Sequence record: OQ696342.1
Length of the DNA stretch: 44,581 bases
Direction: 5' to 3' (one strand)
DNA from: Escherichia phage vB_EcoS-K1_SXAU_B4
A program made the translations under genes and the position numbers. The notes below the pieces were generated by a model. The model had not been told where the DNA came from, ran no database searches, and saw only the letters and a program-made list of their open reading frames with translations. Positions 17,120-25,484 of this stretch are shown piece after piece (position 1 is the first letter of the stretch; each line of letters begins with the position of its first letter).

Positions 17120-17338
17120 TTATTTCTCCTGTTTATCAAGTCGCTTAGGTGAGCAGATAGCGCGTACCTCTGAATCGTTGGGCTTGTCACCCTGAAACAG
17201 GAAGTGCGCGTTCTCTGCGGCGCGTGCCGCTGACTGGCACGCCTCCATCGAATAAAACGTTTCTGTTGCCGCCAGGTGCATCTGGCCAGCAGACAATACC
17301 CAGATAAATAAGATGCTGGTCATTTCTTTAACCCGCAT
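17120..17338 (-). CDS. Small secreted protein (signal-peptide-like N-terminus)
   Basis: 72 aa; N-terminal hydrophobic MTSILFIWVLSAGQMHLAA. Confidence 0.4.
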   Translation of the reverse strand: MRVKEMTSILFIWVLSAGQMHLAATETFYSMEACQSAARAAENAHFLFQGDKPNDSEVRAICSPKRLDKQEK

Positions 17339-17703
17339 TTAAGGCACATATATGGAAACCCGACTCCGTAAAATTGCCATTCGTGCTCACATTCCTGGGC
17401 ATCATCTTTACGCACCCCACAGTTAGAGCAAAAGAAACCAGTTCTATGTTTACTGCGTAACCGGTTATGCTTGCACCCCGGAGTGTCTCCTTTGTGTAGA
17501 ACTTTGTAAGCCTCAACGTCCCCGTTCATCAACGTTATTGTCCCCATTAACTCGTCCACCAGCTCCGACATATCACGTAACTTATTCTTGAGTGACTGCA
17601 CCTCATGCGCCAGGTCTTCGCACTGTTGTTTGTATGGGTTGTTACTTATCTGCTGCCGTAGCTGGTCAATCAGGTACTCGAATACTTCGTTTTTGTTACT
17701 CAT
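17320..17703 (-). CDS. Zinc-ribbon protein (paralog of 16644..17117)
   Basis: 127 aa; CSNCG...C...CLKCG; shares RKDDAQECEHEW with the paralog. Confidence 0.5.
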   Translation of the reverse strand: MSNKNEVFEYLIDQLRQQISNNPYKQQCEDLAHEVQSLKNKLRDMSELVDELMGTITLMNGDVEAYKVLHKGDTPGCKHNRLRSKHRTGFFCSNCGVRKDDAQECEHEWQFYGVGFPYMCLKCGLKK

Positions 17704-17720
17704 TCTGTCTCTCCTATCAC

Positions 17721-17996
17721 TTACTCAACAGCGCCGGTTATTGCTATAAGCCCAGTGTTACCGCGGCGGCGATACTTACGAATCACCGTTTTAAGTTCTT
17801 CATTGCTACTCTGATGCCCGAAAGTGATCGGCAACTCTTCTCCTGACATCCCGAACTCAGTGTCTGTTGGTTTGTTACGCCACCCCTGAATAAACCAGAA
17901 ACGGTCGCGAGTTATGTACCGGTAGTTGTTAGGGAGGGGCAACTCCAGCCCCTCAAAATCAACGGTAACAGTGTAACTGCTAAAATTCATAGTCAA
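17721..17996 (-). CDS. Hypothetical protein
   Basis: 91 aa ORF. Confidence 0.4.
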   Translation of the reverse strand: MTMNFSSYTVTVDFEGLELPLPNNYRYITRDRFWFIQGWRNKPTDTEFGMSGEELPITFGHQSSNEELKTVIRKYRRRGNTGLIAITGAVE

Positions 17997-18160
17997 TTAC
18001 CCCGAACTCGTTGATGATTTGCGCCTTGTAGAAGTTGCCGTTTGAGGCCAGGTGGTACGCCTGCACCATTGTCATCTCGCGATAAGTTGCTGCGCTGTTT
18101 TCGAATTCCATAACCATCAAAGTAACCATCTTCTGTCTCTCCTCTCGTTTGTGTAAATGA

Positions 18161-18189
18161 ATAGTAGCCTAGTCTATCCCAGTGTGCAA
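18161..18189 (-). promoter_or_regulatory. Sigma70-type promoter TTGCAC-N17-TACTAT on the minus strand (cassette family copy)
   Basis: Reverse complement gives TTGCAC (18189..18184), 17-nt spacer, TACTAT (18166..18161); followed by leader AAACGAGAGGAG and ATG 18129. Confidence 0.55.
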
Positions 18190-18521
18190 GTAAATTTTAT
18201 TGGTGTTTGTATTGTTGCATCTCCTGCAATAGTCGCTTCGATTGTTGCGTTTAACTTAGTGTCGCCTTTTGACGACACTAAGTTAAAGTTGTACGCTGCT
18301 GTGTAGCAGCGTAAGACACAAAGACAAATAGTAAACTATTGACCTGTTACACCACCTGTTACACCGGCCCGATATTGCGCTCCGGCTTTCCACGCCCGCC
18401 ACGCGAGACGCGTCTTAACGTTCAGGTATGCTTTCTTTGGTCCCTTGTTAACCGGCAACCCCTCGACGATGGCCCACCGTTCAAATGCTTGTCTCATAAA
18501 TCAACCCCCACAATTAAAATA

Positions 18522-18728
18522 TTATTCACGGCAACCTCCCTCAGAGTCGTCGGCACGAGCATCTTGATTCGATGCCGTTCGTAAGGAACGCAGGAGTTTA
18601 ACCAGCATCTCCGGTGATGATGTTGAAATTTCTTCACCATCAAGTGTGGCAATCGCATATCGTTTAATTGTGAAATTAACTTCTATTAATCTATGGTGTT
18701 TCAGCTCTTCAAATAATTCTTCCATCAC
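18522..18728 (-). CDS. Hypothetical protein
   Basis: 68 aa ORF. Confidence 0.4.
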   Translation of the reverse strand: MMEELFEELKHHRLIEVNFTIKRYAIATLDGEEISTSSPEMLVKLLRSLRTASNQDARADDSEGGCRE

Positions 18729-18919
18729 TTCGCCCCTTTTAATTTAAAATTGTTGCCGATGAGTTCTAAATCACATTTACGAAGTAATCCTTTGCCGTAA
18801 CCCGTGACGCTATTAACCTCCGCAAAACCGAACCACATTAGCTTCGATTCTATTACCGTAAATAAATTGCCTGTAAATTTATCCCTAACCAACTGACCCT
18901 TCTTAAACATAACCCTCAC
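18725..18919 (-). CDS. Hypothetical protein
   Basis: 64 aa ORF. Confidence 0.4.
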   Translation of the reverse strand: MRVMFKKGQLVRDKFTGNLFTVIESKLMWFGFAEVNSVTGYGKGLLRKCDLELIGNNFKLKGAK

Positions 18920-18928
18920 TCCTCTGCC

Positions 18929-19147
18929 TTATTTAAAGTAGATAGCAAATTTCTTGTAACCCGCGGGCTCGTTACGAAGCCCTTTGCCGTTGGCAAAACG
19001 TTGTACGTTGATAAAATCATTTTCATCCATTCCGTCGGTGTCGAACGTAAAGAAGTTGCGCTTGTTCCCAATAACTACGCGCTCAGAAATATCGATGCCG
19101 TAAACTTCTTTGATTGCGGAAACTACGCTTGCGGTCGCTTTGTTCAT
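18929..19147 (-). CDS. Hypothetical protein (first gene behind the 19182..19210 promoter)
   Basis: 72 aa; leader identical to that of the 8949 gene. Confidence 0.45.
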   Translation of the reverse strand: MNKATASVVSAIKEVYGIDISERVVIGNKRNFFTFDTDGMDENDFINVQRFANGKGLRNEPAGYKKFAIYFK

Positions 19148-19181
19148 TTCTAAATTCCTTATGTCTCGTTTCGATAAGTGA

Positions 19182-19210
19182 ATAGTATCCTATTATATTG
19201 GGGTGTGCAA
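19182..19210 (-). promoter_or_regulatory. Sigma70-type promoter TTGCAC-N17-TACTAT on the minus strand (cassette family copy)
   Basis: Reverse complement: TTGCAC (19210..19205), 17-nt spacer, TACTAT (19187..19182); leader TCACTTATCGAAACGAGACATAAGGAATTTAGAAATG. Confidence 0.6.
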
Positions 19211-19443
19211 GAGAATAGTTACGTTGCCGTTGAGATTCTTCAGGTGGGGTTGTGCCTTTATTCTTATTACTTGGTAACTAAAGGGCAGGCCCTAAGCCTG
19301 CCCAATAATCGTTACATTTTTACTGTTGCGAATCTACGGCACATTAAGAAACAGTAGATATTTCAGTGGGTTACTTTTTTAAATGAGATTTAGATACACT
19401 TATCCTTAAACCCCAAGGCAAGCATCTCAGCTGTCTGGGAGGG

Positions 19444-19475
19444 GTTGACGAATCCCTCGGGGAGGGTTCGTCAAC
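19444..19475. promoter_or_regulatory. 32-bp near-perfect palindrome GTTGACGAA-tccctcggggaggg-TTCGTCAAC in the divergent intergenic region (candidate operator or structured element)
   Basis: 9-bp perfect inverted arms plus an inner ccctc/gaggg inverted repeat. Confidence 0.4.
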
Positions 19476-19569
19476 TCCGTAATATATACAAGTCCCAAAA
19501 CCATTATACAAACATGTGTCAAGAACTTTCAATAACTTTTTTGTAAAGATTAAATATTGCAGGGATTGG

Positions 19570-19598
19570 TTGCTTTTACATTCCCGCTATCCTATACT
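19570..19598 (+). promoter_or_regulatory. Candidate sigma70 promoter TTGCTT-N17-TATACT for the plus-strand replication operon
   Basis: Hexamers with 17-nt spacing, about 30 nt upstream of the ATG at 19630. Confidence 0.45.
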
Positions 19599-19629
19599 CA
19601 GCTTCACCAAACAAACAGGAGATATAGAA

Positions 19630-19812
19630 ATGCAACATTACATGACACAGAATGAAGTAGCCGAGCGTATTGGGGTAACGCGTCAGACAATTAATAACTG
19701 GTTGCGCAGTGGTAAATTCCCTGACTGCTGTATTAAGGTTATGGGTCGCCGTTTACCAGGTACATTTGACCGTAATAAAGTTGAAGAATGGATTAAGGAG
19801 AATGTGAAATGA
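19630..19812 (+). CDS. Small HTH DNA-binding protein (AlpA/Xis-like)
   Basis: 60 aa from ATG 19630 (RBS GGAG); TQNEVAERIGVTRQTINNWLRSGKFP is HTH-like; the longer ORF from 19516 would start upstream of the promoter. Confidence 0.55.
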   Translation: MQHYMTQNEVAERIGVTRQTINNWLRSGKFPDCCIKVMGRRLPGTFDRNKVEEWIKENVK

Positions 19813-20099
19813 AAGGTGTAATTTTCCACAATAAAGCAGAAAACGAAGTGTATATGGTTCACTCCGTGGCGGGAGAGTTCGCTTTATGCTTCAACATCTC
19901 TTGCCACCTCGATACCTACCGGCCTTTCTGTGTAGAAACAGAAATGAAGCTAATTAGCTTACGCCAACTAAGCACCATGTCGGCGTCGCTTAACGTAAGA
20001 GATAATCTCGAGTATATCGACTTCTATTTCGGCGATGATTTGGTCGAGGAATATTTTGAAGAGTATAAAAATTTGCTGGAAGAGTTGGCTAAACGGTAA
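19809..20099 (+). CDS. Hypothetical protein
   Basis: 96 aa; ATGA-type overlap with the upstream gene. Confidence 0.5.
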   Translation: MKGVIFHNKAENEVYMVHSVAGEFALCFNISCHLDTYRPFCVETEMKLISLRQLSTMSASLNVRDNLEYIDFYFGDDLVEEYFEEYKNLLEELAKR

Positions 20100-20293
20100 A
20101 AAGAAACCCCAACGCCAGAACGTCGGGGCTAAAGTACAAATCATCAAAGTAAGCACAAGGATTATACAATGGCAAAGTTAATAGTTCCACAGCTACGCCG
20201 CCAGAAACACGGCGCTGATTTCTTCGCACCGGTAAAGATGAACCGAGCAATGCGTCGTATGCAGGAAGCCTTAGAACGTGCGGAGAAAAAGAA

Positions 20294-22501
20294 ATGAATA
20301 TTGTTTTTGCAACGCTGCGTAACACATTCGATAAAAACCCTGTAGAGCGTGAAATGCCGCTGGAGCAGTTCGTAGAGTATGTCTGCGATACATCGAAGCG
20401 TTTGGCCGTAGACCCGTCGTGGACTAAGGAAGAGTACGACGCCGCCAAGATTAAGCAGAAGGCTATTGCTCCTGTTGGCGGTCGCCGTAAGAACGCTATT
20501 CTGGAAGACAGTGTGGTTAAGTTCGACTTCGACCATCTCAACCGTACTCAGTACCGCGACCTTACCCGCAAATTCAAGAACGCGCCGTTCTTCAATATTC
20601 TGCACACAACGGCATCGCATCAGCACGCGTGTAAAAACGGGGATTACGCATTCCGCGTTCTGGTTCCGGCTCGCACGCCGTTTAACTCTAACGACGCGTG
20701 GATGGTGCAACGTGCTATTTGTGCAGAGTTAGGGATAGACGAAGCGCTGCGCGACCACTGCACGGAAGACGGCAACCGCCTTATCTACCTGCCGCATAAA
20801 GAGTCGAAGATAACGGTTACAGAAGGGCGTGTTATCCGTGCCGCGCGGTACATCAAGAAAGCCGAAGAAATGGGGTTGCGTAAGCGTGAGGCTAAAACAC
20901 TTGCTTCCGATGAGCATGGGCTTAACGCTGATATAGCGCATTTCTGCGAAGCCGAGCTTGGCCTTGATGCGTTATCTTCCGGGCGCGGGTATGAAGTGCC
21001 ATGCCCCAACGAGCATCTGCACACGGGCAAAGGCTCCACCAGCATCATGCTCGACGGTAAAGAAGTGCGCTTCGTGTGCCAGCACACGAACAATGGCGCT
21101 TGCACCGAGCTTAACCGCCGGCAACATTTGGCCCTGCGTATGTGCGGTCTTCCGGATGAGCTTAACGTAGACAAGCAACCTATCAGTATTAACAGCATTC
21201 GTGCGGCTCTGCCTGATTTACCGGATGAAGAGATTGAAGAACTGCACCGCACAGAGAACGAGGAGCCTGTAACTTGTACACTGGAAGACCTTGAAGACGA
21301 TGACGAGTTACCTGAACCGGTAAAGGCTGATTTCGTCGTTGAAGGGTACATGCCGTCGGATTGCATCTGGGACATCGTCGGGGAGTCAGGCACGTACAAA
21401 TCATTCTATACGCTGGGGATGATGTACCTTAGCGCCGCCGGATACCGGTTTGCAGGCGCTGACACACAGCGTTGCCACCATTTCTATATCGACGGTGAGG
21501 GTGGCGCAGCTACCCGCACACGTATAGATGCGCTCGCGGCTAAGTATGGCGAGGAAGGTAAAGATTATGTACACGTCATCGATATGGGTGAAGTCGGAAA
21601 ACTGAAAAACCTGATTAAGTTAATGCGTGAAACTGCTGGCGATGAACCAATTGGCATGGTTGCGTTCGACACCCTAAACCAGACCCTGGCCCTGACGATT
21701 GATAAGTTCGACGAGAACAGTTCATCGACGGCAATCGGCATGGGTAAAGTTATCGCCATCCTGAAAGAAGTACGCGATGCTACTAAAGCCGCAGTAGGCG
21801 TTGTTCACCATACCCCGAAGGGTGGAAAGAAAGCCCGCGGCAGTGGAGCATTGTATGCTGGCGTCGATGTGGAACTGACAATTGAACGCGCCACTGACCG
21901 TCAAATAAACGTATACCACTCAAAATTTAAGCACGGGCCTCAACAGAAAACGGTTGGCATGGTGCTGGAGTCGGTACAGTTCCGCGAAGCACCGCCGCCG
22001 AAAGAGTACCGTGCGGTTGAGTTCCTCGGTAGCACAGAGGAATACGGCACAATCGTAAACCTCGACCTGCCGGAACCACACAAGGCGCTTGTTCTGATGC
22101 CGTGGGGCTTCGAGCCGTTCAAAACTGACGAGGAGAAAGAGCGGGAAGAAGGGTTAACTAACGAAGGTAAACAAAAAGTAAAGGAAGAAGTTAAACGCGG
22201 CAGGGATGAAGTAAGGAAGGAGTCGATACTTTCGGCACTGGAAGACCTGCAACAGTCAGATGACACAGGTCGCGGTTTTACTCAGCAGCAGATAGTGGCC
22301 CGTTCCGGTGACTTTTCTGTGACTAACACCCATCTTGATAAAATGCTGAAAGATGGGGAACTAATGCTAGGCTGCGACGCTAATGGCGAAGTAGTACCGA
22401 GAACATATCGTATACCCGAAAGAATAGGAGATAGGTTAAGGCCGAAGACGATATACGAGCCAAATGAGATGCTGATAGTGACAGAGGAAGATTTAGAATA
22501 G
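20294..22501 (+). CDS. DNA primase/helicase (N-terminal primase-like domain with a Cys/His cluster, C-terminal RecA/DnaB-like ATPase)
   Basis: 735 aa; CPNEHLHTGKGS...CQH zinc-binding-like cluster; Walker A-like GESGTYKSF; acidic C-terminus. Confidence 0.75.
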   Translation: MNIVFATLRNTFDKNPVEREMPLEQFVEYVCDTSKRLAVDPSWTKEEYDAAKIKQKAIAPVGGRRKNAILEDSVVKFDFDHLNRTQYRDLTRKFKNAPFFNILHTTASHQHACKNGDYAFRVLVPARTPFNSNDAWMVQRAICAELGIDEALRDHCTEDGNRLIYLPHKESKITVTEGRVIRAARYIKKAEEMGLRKREAKTLASDEHGLNADIAHFCEAELGLDALSSGRGYEVPCPNEHLHTGKGSTSIMLDGKEVRFVCQHTNNGACTELNRRQHLALRMCGLPDELNVDKQPISINSIRAALPDLPDEEIEELHRTENEEPVTCTLEDLEDDDELPEPVKADFVVEGYMPSDCIWDIVGESGTYKSFYTLGMMYLSAAGYRFAGADTQRCHHFYIDGEGGAATRTRIDALAAKYGEEGKDYVHVIDMGEVGKLKNLIKLMRETAGDEPIGMVAFDTLNQTLALTIDKFDENSSSTAIGMGKVIAILKEVRDATKAAVGVVHHTPKGGKKARGSGALYAGVDVELTIERATDRQINVYHSKFKHGPQQKTVGMVLESVQFREAPPPKEYRAVEFLGSTEEYGTIVNLDLPEPHKALVLMPWGFEPFKTDEEKEREEGLTNEGKQKVKEEVKRGRDEVRKESILSALEDLQQSDDTGRGFTQQQIVARSGDFSVTNTHLDKMLKDGELMLGCDANGEVVPRTYRIPERIGDRLRPKTIYEPNEMLIVTEEDLE

Positions 22502-22510
22502 GTAAAAAGA

Positions 22511-22529
22511 AAGGGGCATTAAGCCCCTT
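22511..22529. terminator. Hairpin aaggggc-attaa-gcccctt with a T-run on the minus strand; terminator between convergent genes
   Basis: 7-bp GC stem; plus-strand A-run upstream becomes a T-run on the minus strand. Confidence 0.55.
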
Positions 22530-22734
22530 CACCTAGCGCCAGCCACTTGGCGTCTACTTGCAGCACTTCCGCCAGTTTAAACAGCGTCGCAGGGCGGACG
22601 TCCTGAGTTACCCCAAGTGCCAGCTGGTTAATAGCGCCCTGGGAAACGCCGGTAAGGACCGCCAGGCGGCGCTGGGAGATGCCGAGTTCTTTACGGCGTT
22701 GTTCTACACGGATACCTAGTTCAGATGGTTGCAT
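22519..22734 (-). CDS. XRE-family (Cro/CI-type) HTH transcriptional regulator
   Basis: 71 aa; QRRLAVLTGVSQGAINQLALG is a classic HTH; encoded divergently from the downstream plus-strand genes. Confidence 0.75.
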   Translation of the reverse strand: MQPSELGIRVEQRRKELGISQRRLAVLTGVSQGAINQLALGVTQDVRPATLFKLAEVLQVDAKWLALGEGA

Positions 22735-22798
22735 GTCAGTTACTCCTTAGTCAGTTGATATGTGAATAGTACCATATTAATTATTTTAGAAAAGCCCA

Positions 22799-22828
22799 TT
22801 GACAACATGAATAGTTCGCTATTATAGT
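22799..22828 (+). promoter_or_regulatory. Sigma70-type promoter TTGACA-N18-TATAGT with an AATAG-N4-CTATT core in the spacer
   Basis: -35 at 22799..22804, -10 at 22823..22828; leader AAACGAGAGGAGAGAAACAAATG. Confidence 0.55.
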
Positions 22829-22859
22829 TAACCCATACCAAACGAGAGGAGAGAAACAA

Positions 22860-23330
22860 ATGTTAGAGAAATTCTTAGTATTACTGGAACGTTTCGTAGT
22901 TGCGCATGAACTTATTGCGGCGAATAGCGTGAAACAGGTTGTCGTTGCTGAAACTGCAACAATCGAGACTACTGTTTCGAAAGAAGCAACAAAAGAAATC
23001 CCGGTCGAAGGCGAAGACATCGTCGACACTAAACCGGCAGAAGAAGAGAAGCCCAAACGCAAGCCGCGTAAAGCTAAAGTAGAGGAACCGACGCCAGAGA
23101 CGGAAGAAGAGAAAGAAGAAGTCGATTATCAGTCTCTGCGCGACCAGATTCAGGCTATCGACGATGCAATTAACGAAGGTCCGAGCGATGCCGCGTGCGA
23201 TGATTCCGATGAACTGCTGGAAGAGTTCACCGGTAAGAAGATGAAGATTGCCGCGATTAAAGACGAAGACCTGGCTGAATATCTTGAACGCCTGACAGCA
23301 ATCAAGAACAAGTATTTCGAAGAAGAATAA
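22860..23330 (+). CDS. Highly acidic hypothetical protein
   Basis: 156 aa; long D/E-rich stretches (EEEKPKRKPRKAKVEEPTPETEEEKEE...). Confidence 0.5.
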   Translation: MLEKFLVLLERFVVAHELIAANSVKQVVVAETATIETTVSKEATKEIPVEGEDIVDTKPAEEEKPKRKPRKAKVEEPTPETEEEKEEVDYQSLRDQIQAIDDAINEGPSDAACDDSDELLEEFTGKKMKIAAIKDEDLAEYLERLTAIKNKYFEEE

Positions 23331-23373
23331 CTACCCCGCGGCCTTCTGGCCGCTTTAACTGAGGGTCGGAAAT

Positions 23374-23646
23374 ATGATTTACCAACTCTACCGCGCCGTA
23401 GACAGGCGGGATAGCACAGAGGTGCTATGGCTGTTGCGCGCGCCGTCCGGTGCTCACCTGATGGAAGAGATGGCGTACCTAGGCAAAGTACCGCGCCCTA
23501 AAGATATAGGCCGACACGTGTCACAGATTAAGCGCACGACATTCGCCAAACCTGACTTTTATGTCTTCGAGTCGATGTATGGCTGGGCTATGCATTGTCA
23601 CCATCAGACACGGCATTTAATTGACCAGTGGGAGAGCAGGGTATGA
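23374..23646 (+). CDS. Hypothetical protein
   Basis: 90 aa ORF. Confidence 0.45.
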   Translation: MIYQLYRAVDRRDSTEVLWLLRAPSGAHLMEEMAYLGKVPRPKDIGRHVSQIKRTTFAKPDFYVFESMYGWAMHCHHQTRHLIDQWESRV

Positions 23647-24164
23647 ATTGGCATGAACTGTTTGACTATGACCCTGTCACAGGGAAATTGTATTGGAAAA
23701 TAAGCCCTTCTCAAGCTGTAAAGGCTGGCGATGAGGCTGGTACTCTTTGCGGGGGAGGGCGTAGCTGTGACAAGAAATATTTAAGGGTGTGCTATAGGAG
23801 AAAGTTTAAGCAGGTACACCACGTAGTATGGGAAATGTTCAACGGACCTTTAAAAGATGGTGAGGAGATTGACCACATAAATCATATAAGAACAGATAAT
23901 AGGCTAGAGAATTTAAGGAAGGTGTACCGCAGCGATAACGCCAAAAATAGAAGTATGCCAATAAACAATACTTCCGGGGTGCATGGTGTTTCATACTTCT
24001 ATCGTACCAGTATGTGGGTTGCAAGAATAGGGGTAAATGGTAAGTCTATATTTTTAGGGAAATACAATAATTTAGAAGAAGCGGCGCTCGCCAGACGACA
24101 GGCAGAAGTAACATATGGGTTTCATAAAAATCACGGAGCTAAAAAGAATGACTTTAAAAGCTAA
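23643..24164 (+). CDS. Free-standing HNH homing endonuclease with an AP2-like DNA-binding domain
   Basis: EIDHINHIRTDNRLENLR (HNH) followed by SGVHGVSYFYRTSMWVARIGVNGKSIFLGKYNNLEEAALAR (AP2-like); ATGA overlap with the upstream stop. Confidence 0.8.
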   Translation: MNWHELFDYDPVTGKLYWKISPSQAVKAGDEAGTLCGGGRSCDKKYLRVCYRRKFKQVHHVVWEMFNGPLKDGEEIDHINHIRTDNRLENLRKVYRSDNAKNRSMPINNTSGVHGVSYFYRTSMWVARIGVNGKSIFLGKYNNLEEAALARRQAEVTYGFHKNHGAKKNDFKS

Positions 24165-25395
24165 AGATAGGAGCGGGAGTAACGACGTACACGCCTTATT
24201 GTCTCCATCCGGTGCTAAGAAATGGCTAACATGTCCTGCGTCGCTGATATGCGAAAAAGATATCCCCAACACTTCCGGCAGGGCCGCAGTGTTAGGTACG
24301 GCAATGCATAGCATTTCTGAATATCATTTAAACGCGTATATACGCGGCACTGCGCTGCCGTTAGAGCGCGAAGTAGGTGCTTACGTGCTGGACGAGGGCA
24401 AAGGCCCGATTAAGGCGCTAATCAGCCCGATGAAAGGTGCGGTACTGATTACGGCGGACATGATTGAACAGGTGCGAAAGTACACTGACTACTGCAAAGC
24501 GATTATCGATGTAGCAACTTACGCCAAGCTGGAAATGCGCGTCAATCTTACTGAGGTATTGCATCCGGGGTATGAAGGCGTCGAGACGTTCGGGACTGCT
24601 GACCTTGTTGCCGTACAGGAACTGGCTAATACCGATGAACATATGCTCATTATCGGCGACCTTAAAACAGGACGGCATCGTGTCGAAGCAAAAGAAAACA
24701 AGCAGCTTATGCTTTACGCTCTCGGTGTTTATCGCAGACTAAAGAGACGTTATAGCATCACAGTTGTGCGTCTGGTGATATTCCAGCCGTACGCTGGTGG
24801 CGCGTCGGAGTGGGACATCTCAGTTGAAGGTCTGGAACTGTTCGCTAAGTTTGCGCAAAAACGTGCGCTGTTAGCTCTTGATGCTTATTCCCGTGGCAAG
24901 AAGAATCTGAAAGCGTCGGACTTCAGGCCGTCGGTAGATGGCTGTCAGTGGTGTCGTTTCTCCGAACAGTGCGCCGCGCGTACAAAAACCGTTAATTCTG
25001 TACTGGCGGAAGAACTGGAGGACGACTTTGCGCTGGAACTGACGCCGGAGCAACTCGTCGCTGAGTATGAGAAGTTGCCGTTGTTGCGCCAGCACATCGA
25101 CAAGGTTGAGAAAGCGATGGCCACCGCGTTGCATTCTGGTAAGAAAGTGCCAGGGTACAAACTGGTTGAGGGTAAGATGGGCAACCGTGCGTGGAAAGAC
25201 GCCGAGAAAGTGACGGAACTGTACGGCGACAAGCTGACTAAAGAAGTGCTCATGACGCCGACTGAAGCGGTTAAAGTAATACCGGAGGAAGAACTGAAAG
25301 ACTTCATCACCCGCAAGCCGGGCGCGCCATGTGTTGCAACGGTAGACGACAAACGTCCTGAGTGGAATCAGGTTAGTGAAGAAGATTTGGAATAA
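24148..25395 (+). CDS. PD-(D/E)xK exonuclease (RecB/Cas4-like, DUF2800-type)
   Basis: GDLKTGRH...E.KENKQLMLYALG nuclease core and a C-terminal Cys cluster (CQWCRFSEQC); start placed at ATG 24148 with RBS GGAG. Confidence 0.7.
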   Translation: MTLKAKDRSGSNDVHALLSPSGAKKWLTCPASLICEKDIPNTSGRAAVLGTAMHSISEYHLNAYIRGTALPLEREVGAYVLDEGKGPIKALISPMKGAVLITADMIEQVRKYTDYCKAIIDVATYAKLEMRVNLTEVLHPGYEGVETFGTADLVAVQELANTDEHMLIIGDLKTGRHRVEAKENKQLMLYALGVYRRLKRRYSITVVRLVIFQPYAGGASEWDISVEGLELFAKFAQKRALLALDAYSRGKKNLKASDFRPSVDGCQWCRFSEQCAARTKTVNSVLAEELEDDFALELTPEQLVAEYEKLPLLRQHIDKVEKAMATALHSGKKVPGYKLVEGKMGNRAWKDAEKVTELYGDKLTKEVLMTPTEAVKVIPEEELKDFITRKPGAPCVATVDDKRPEWNQVSEEDLE

Positions 25396-25399
25396 AGTG

Positions 25400-25428
25400 T
25401 TGACACCTGAATAGTTAGCTATTATATT
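25400..25428 (+). promoter_or_regulatory. Sigma70-type promoter TTGACA-N17-TATATT with an AATAG-N4-CTATT core
   Basis: -35 at 25400..25405, -10 at 25423..25428, upstream of the SSB-like gene. Confidence 0.55.
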
Positions 25429-25484
25429 TCTAATCACTGGCCGGGCAGCTTCCCGGAGTAAACTGAAAACTGAGGAATCGAGAA

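Noticed and set aside
19440-19480. Possible tRNA (GGTTCG-like T-loop sequence)
   Set aside because: No acceptor-stem or anticodon-arm pairing could be built; the sequence is explained as a 32-bp palindrome.
20785-21399. 204-aa minus-strand ORF (and neighbours 20162..20710, 20089..20541)
   Set aside because: Antisense to the primase/helicase gene; Ser/Arg/Cys-rich junk-like translation.
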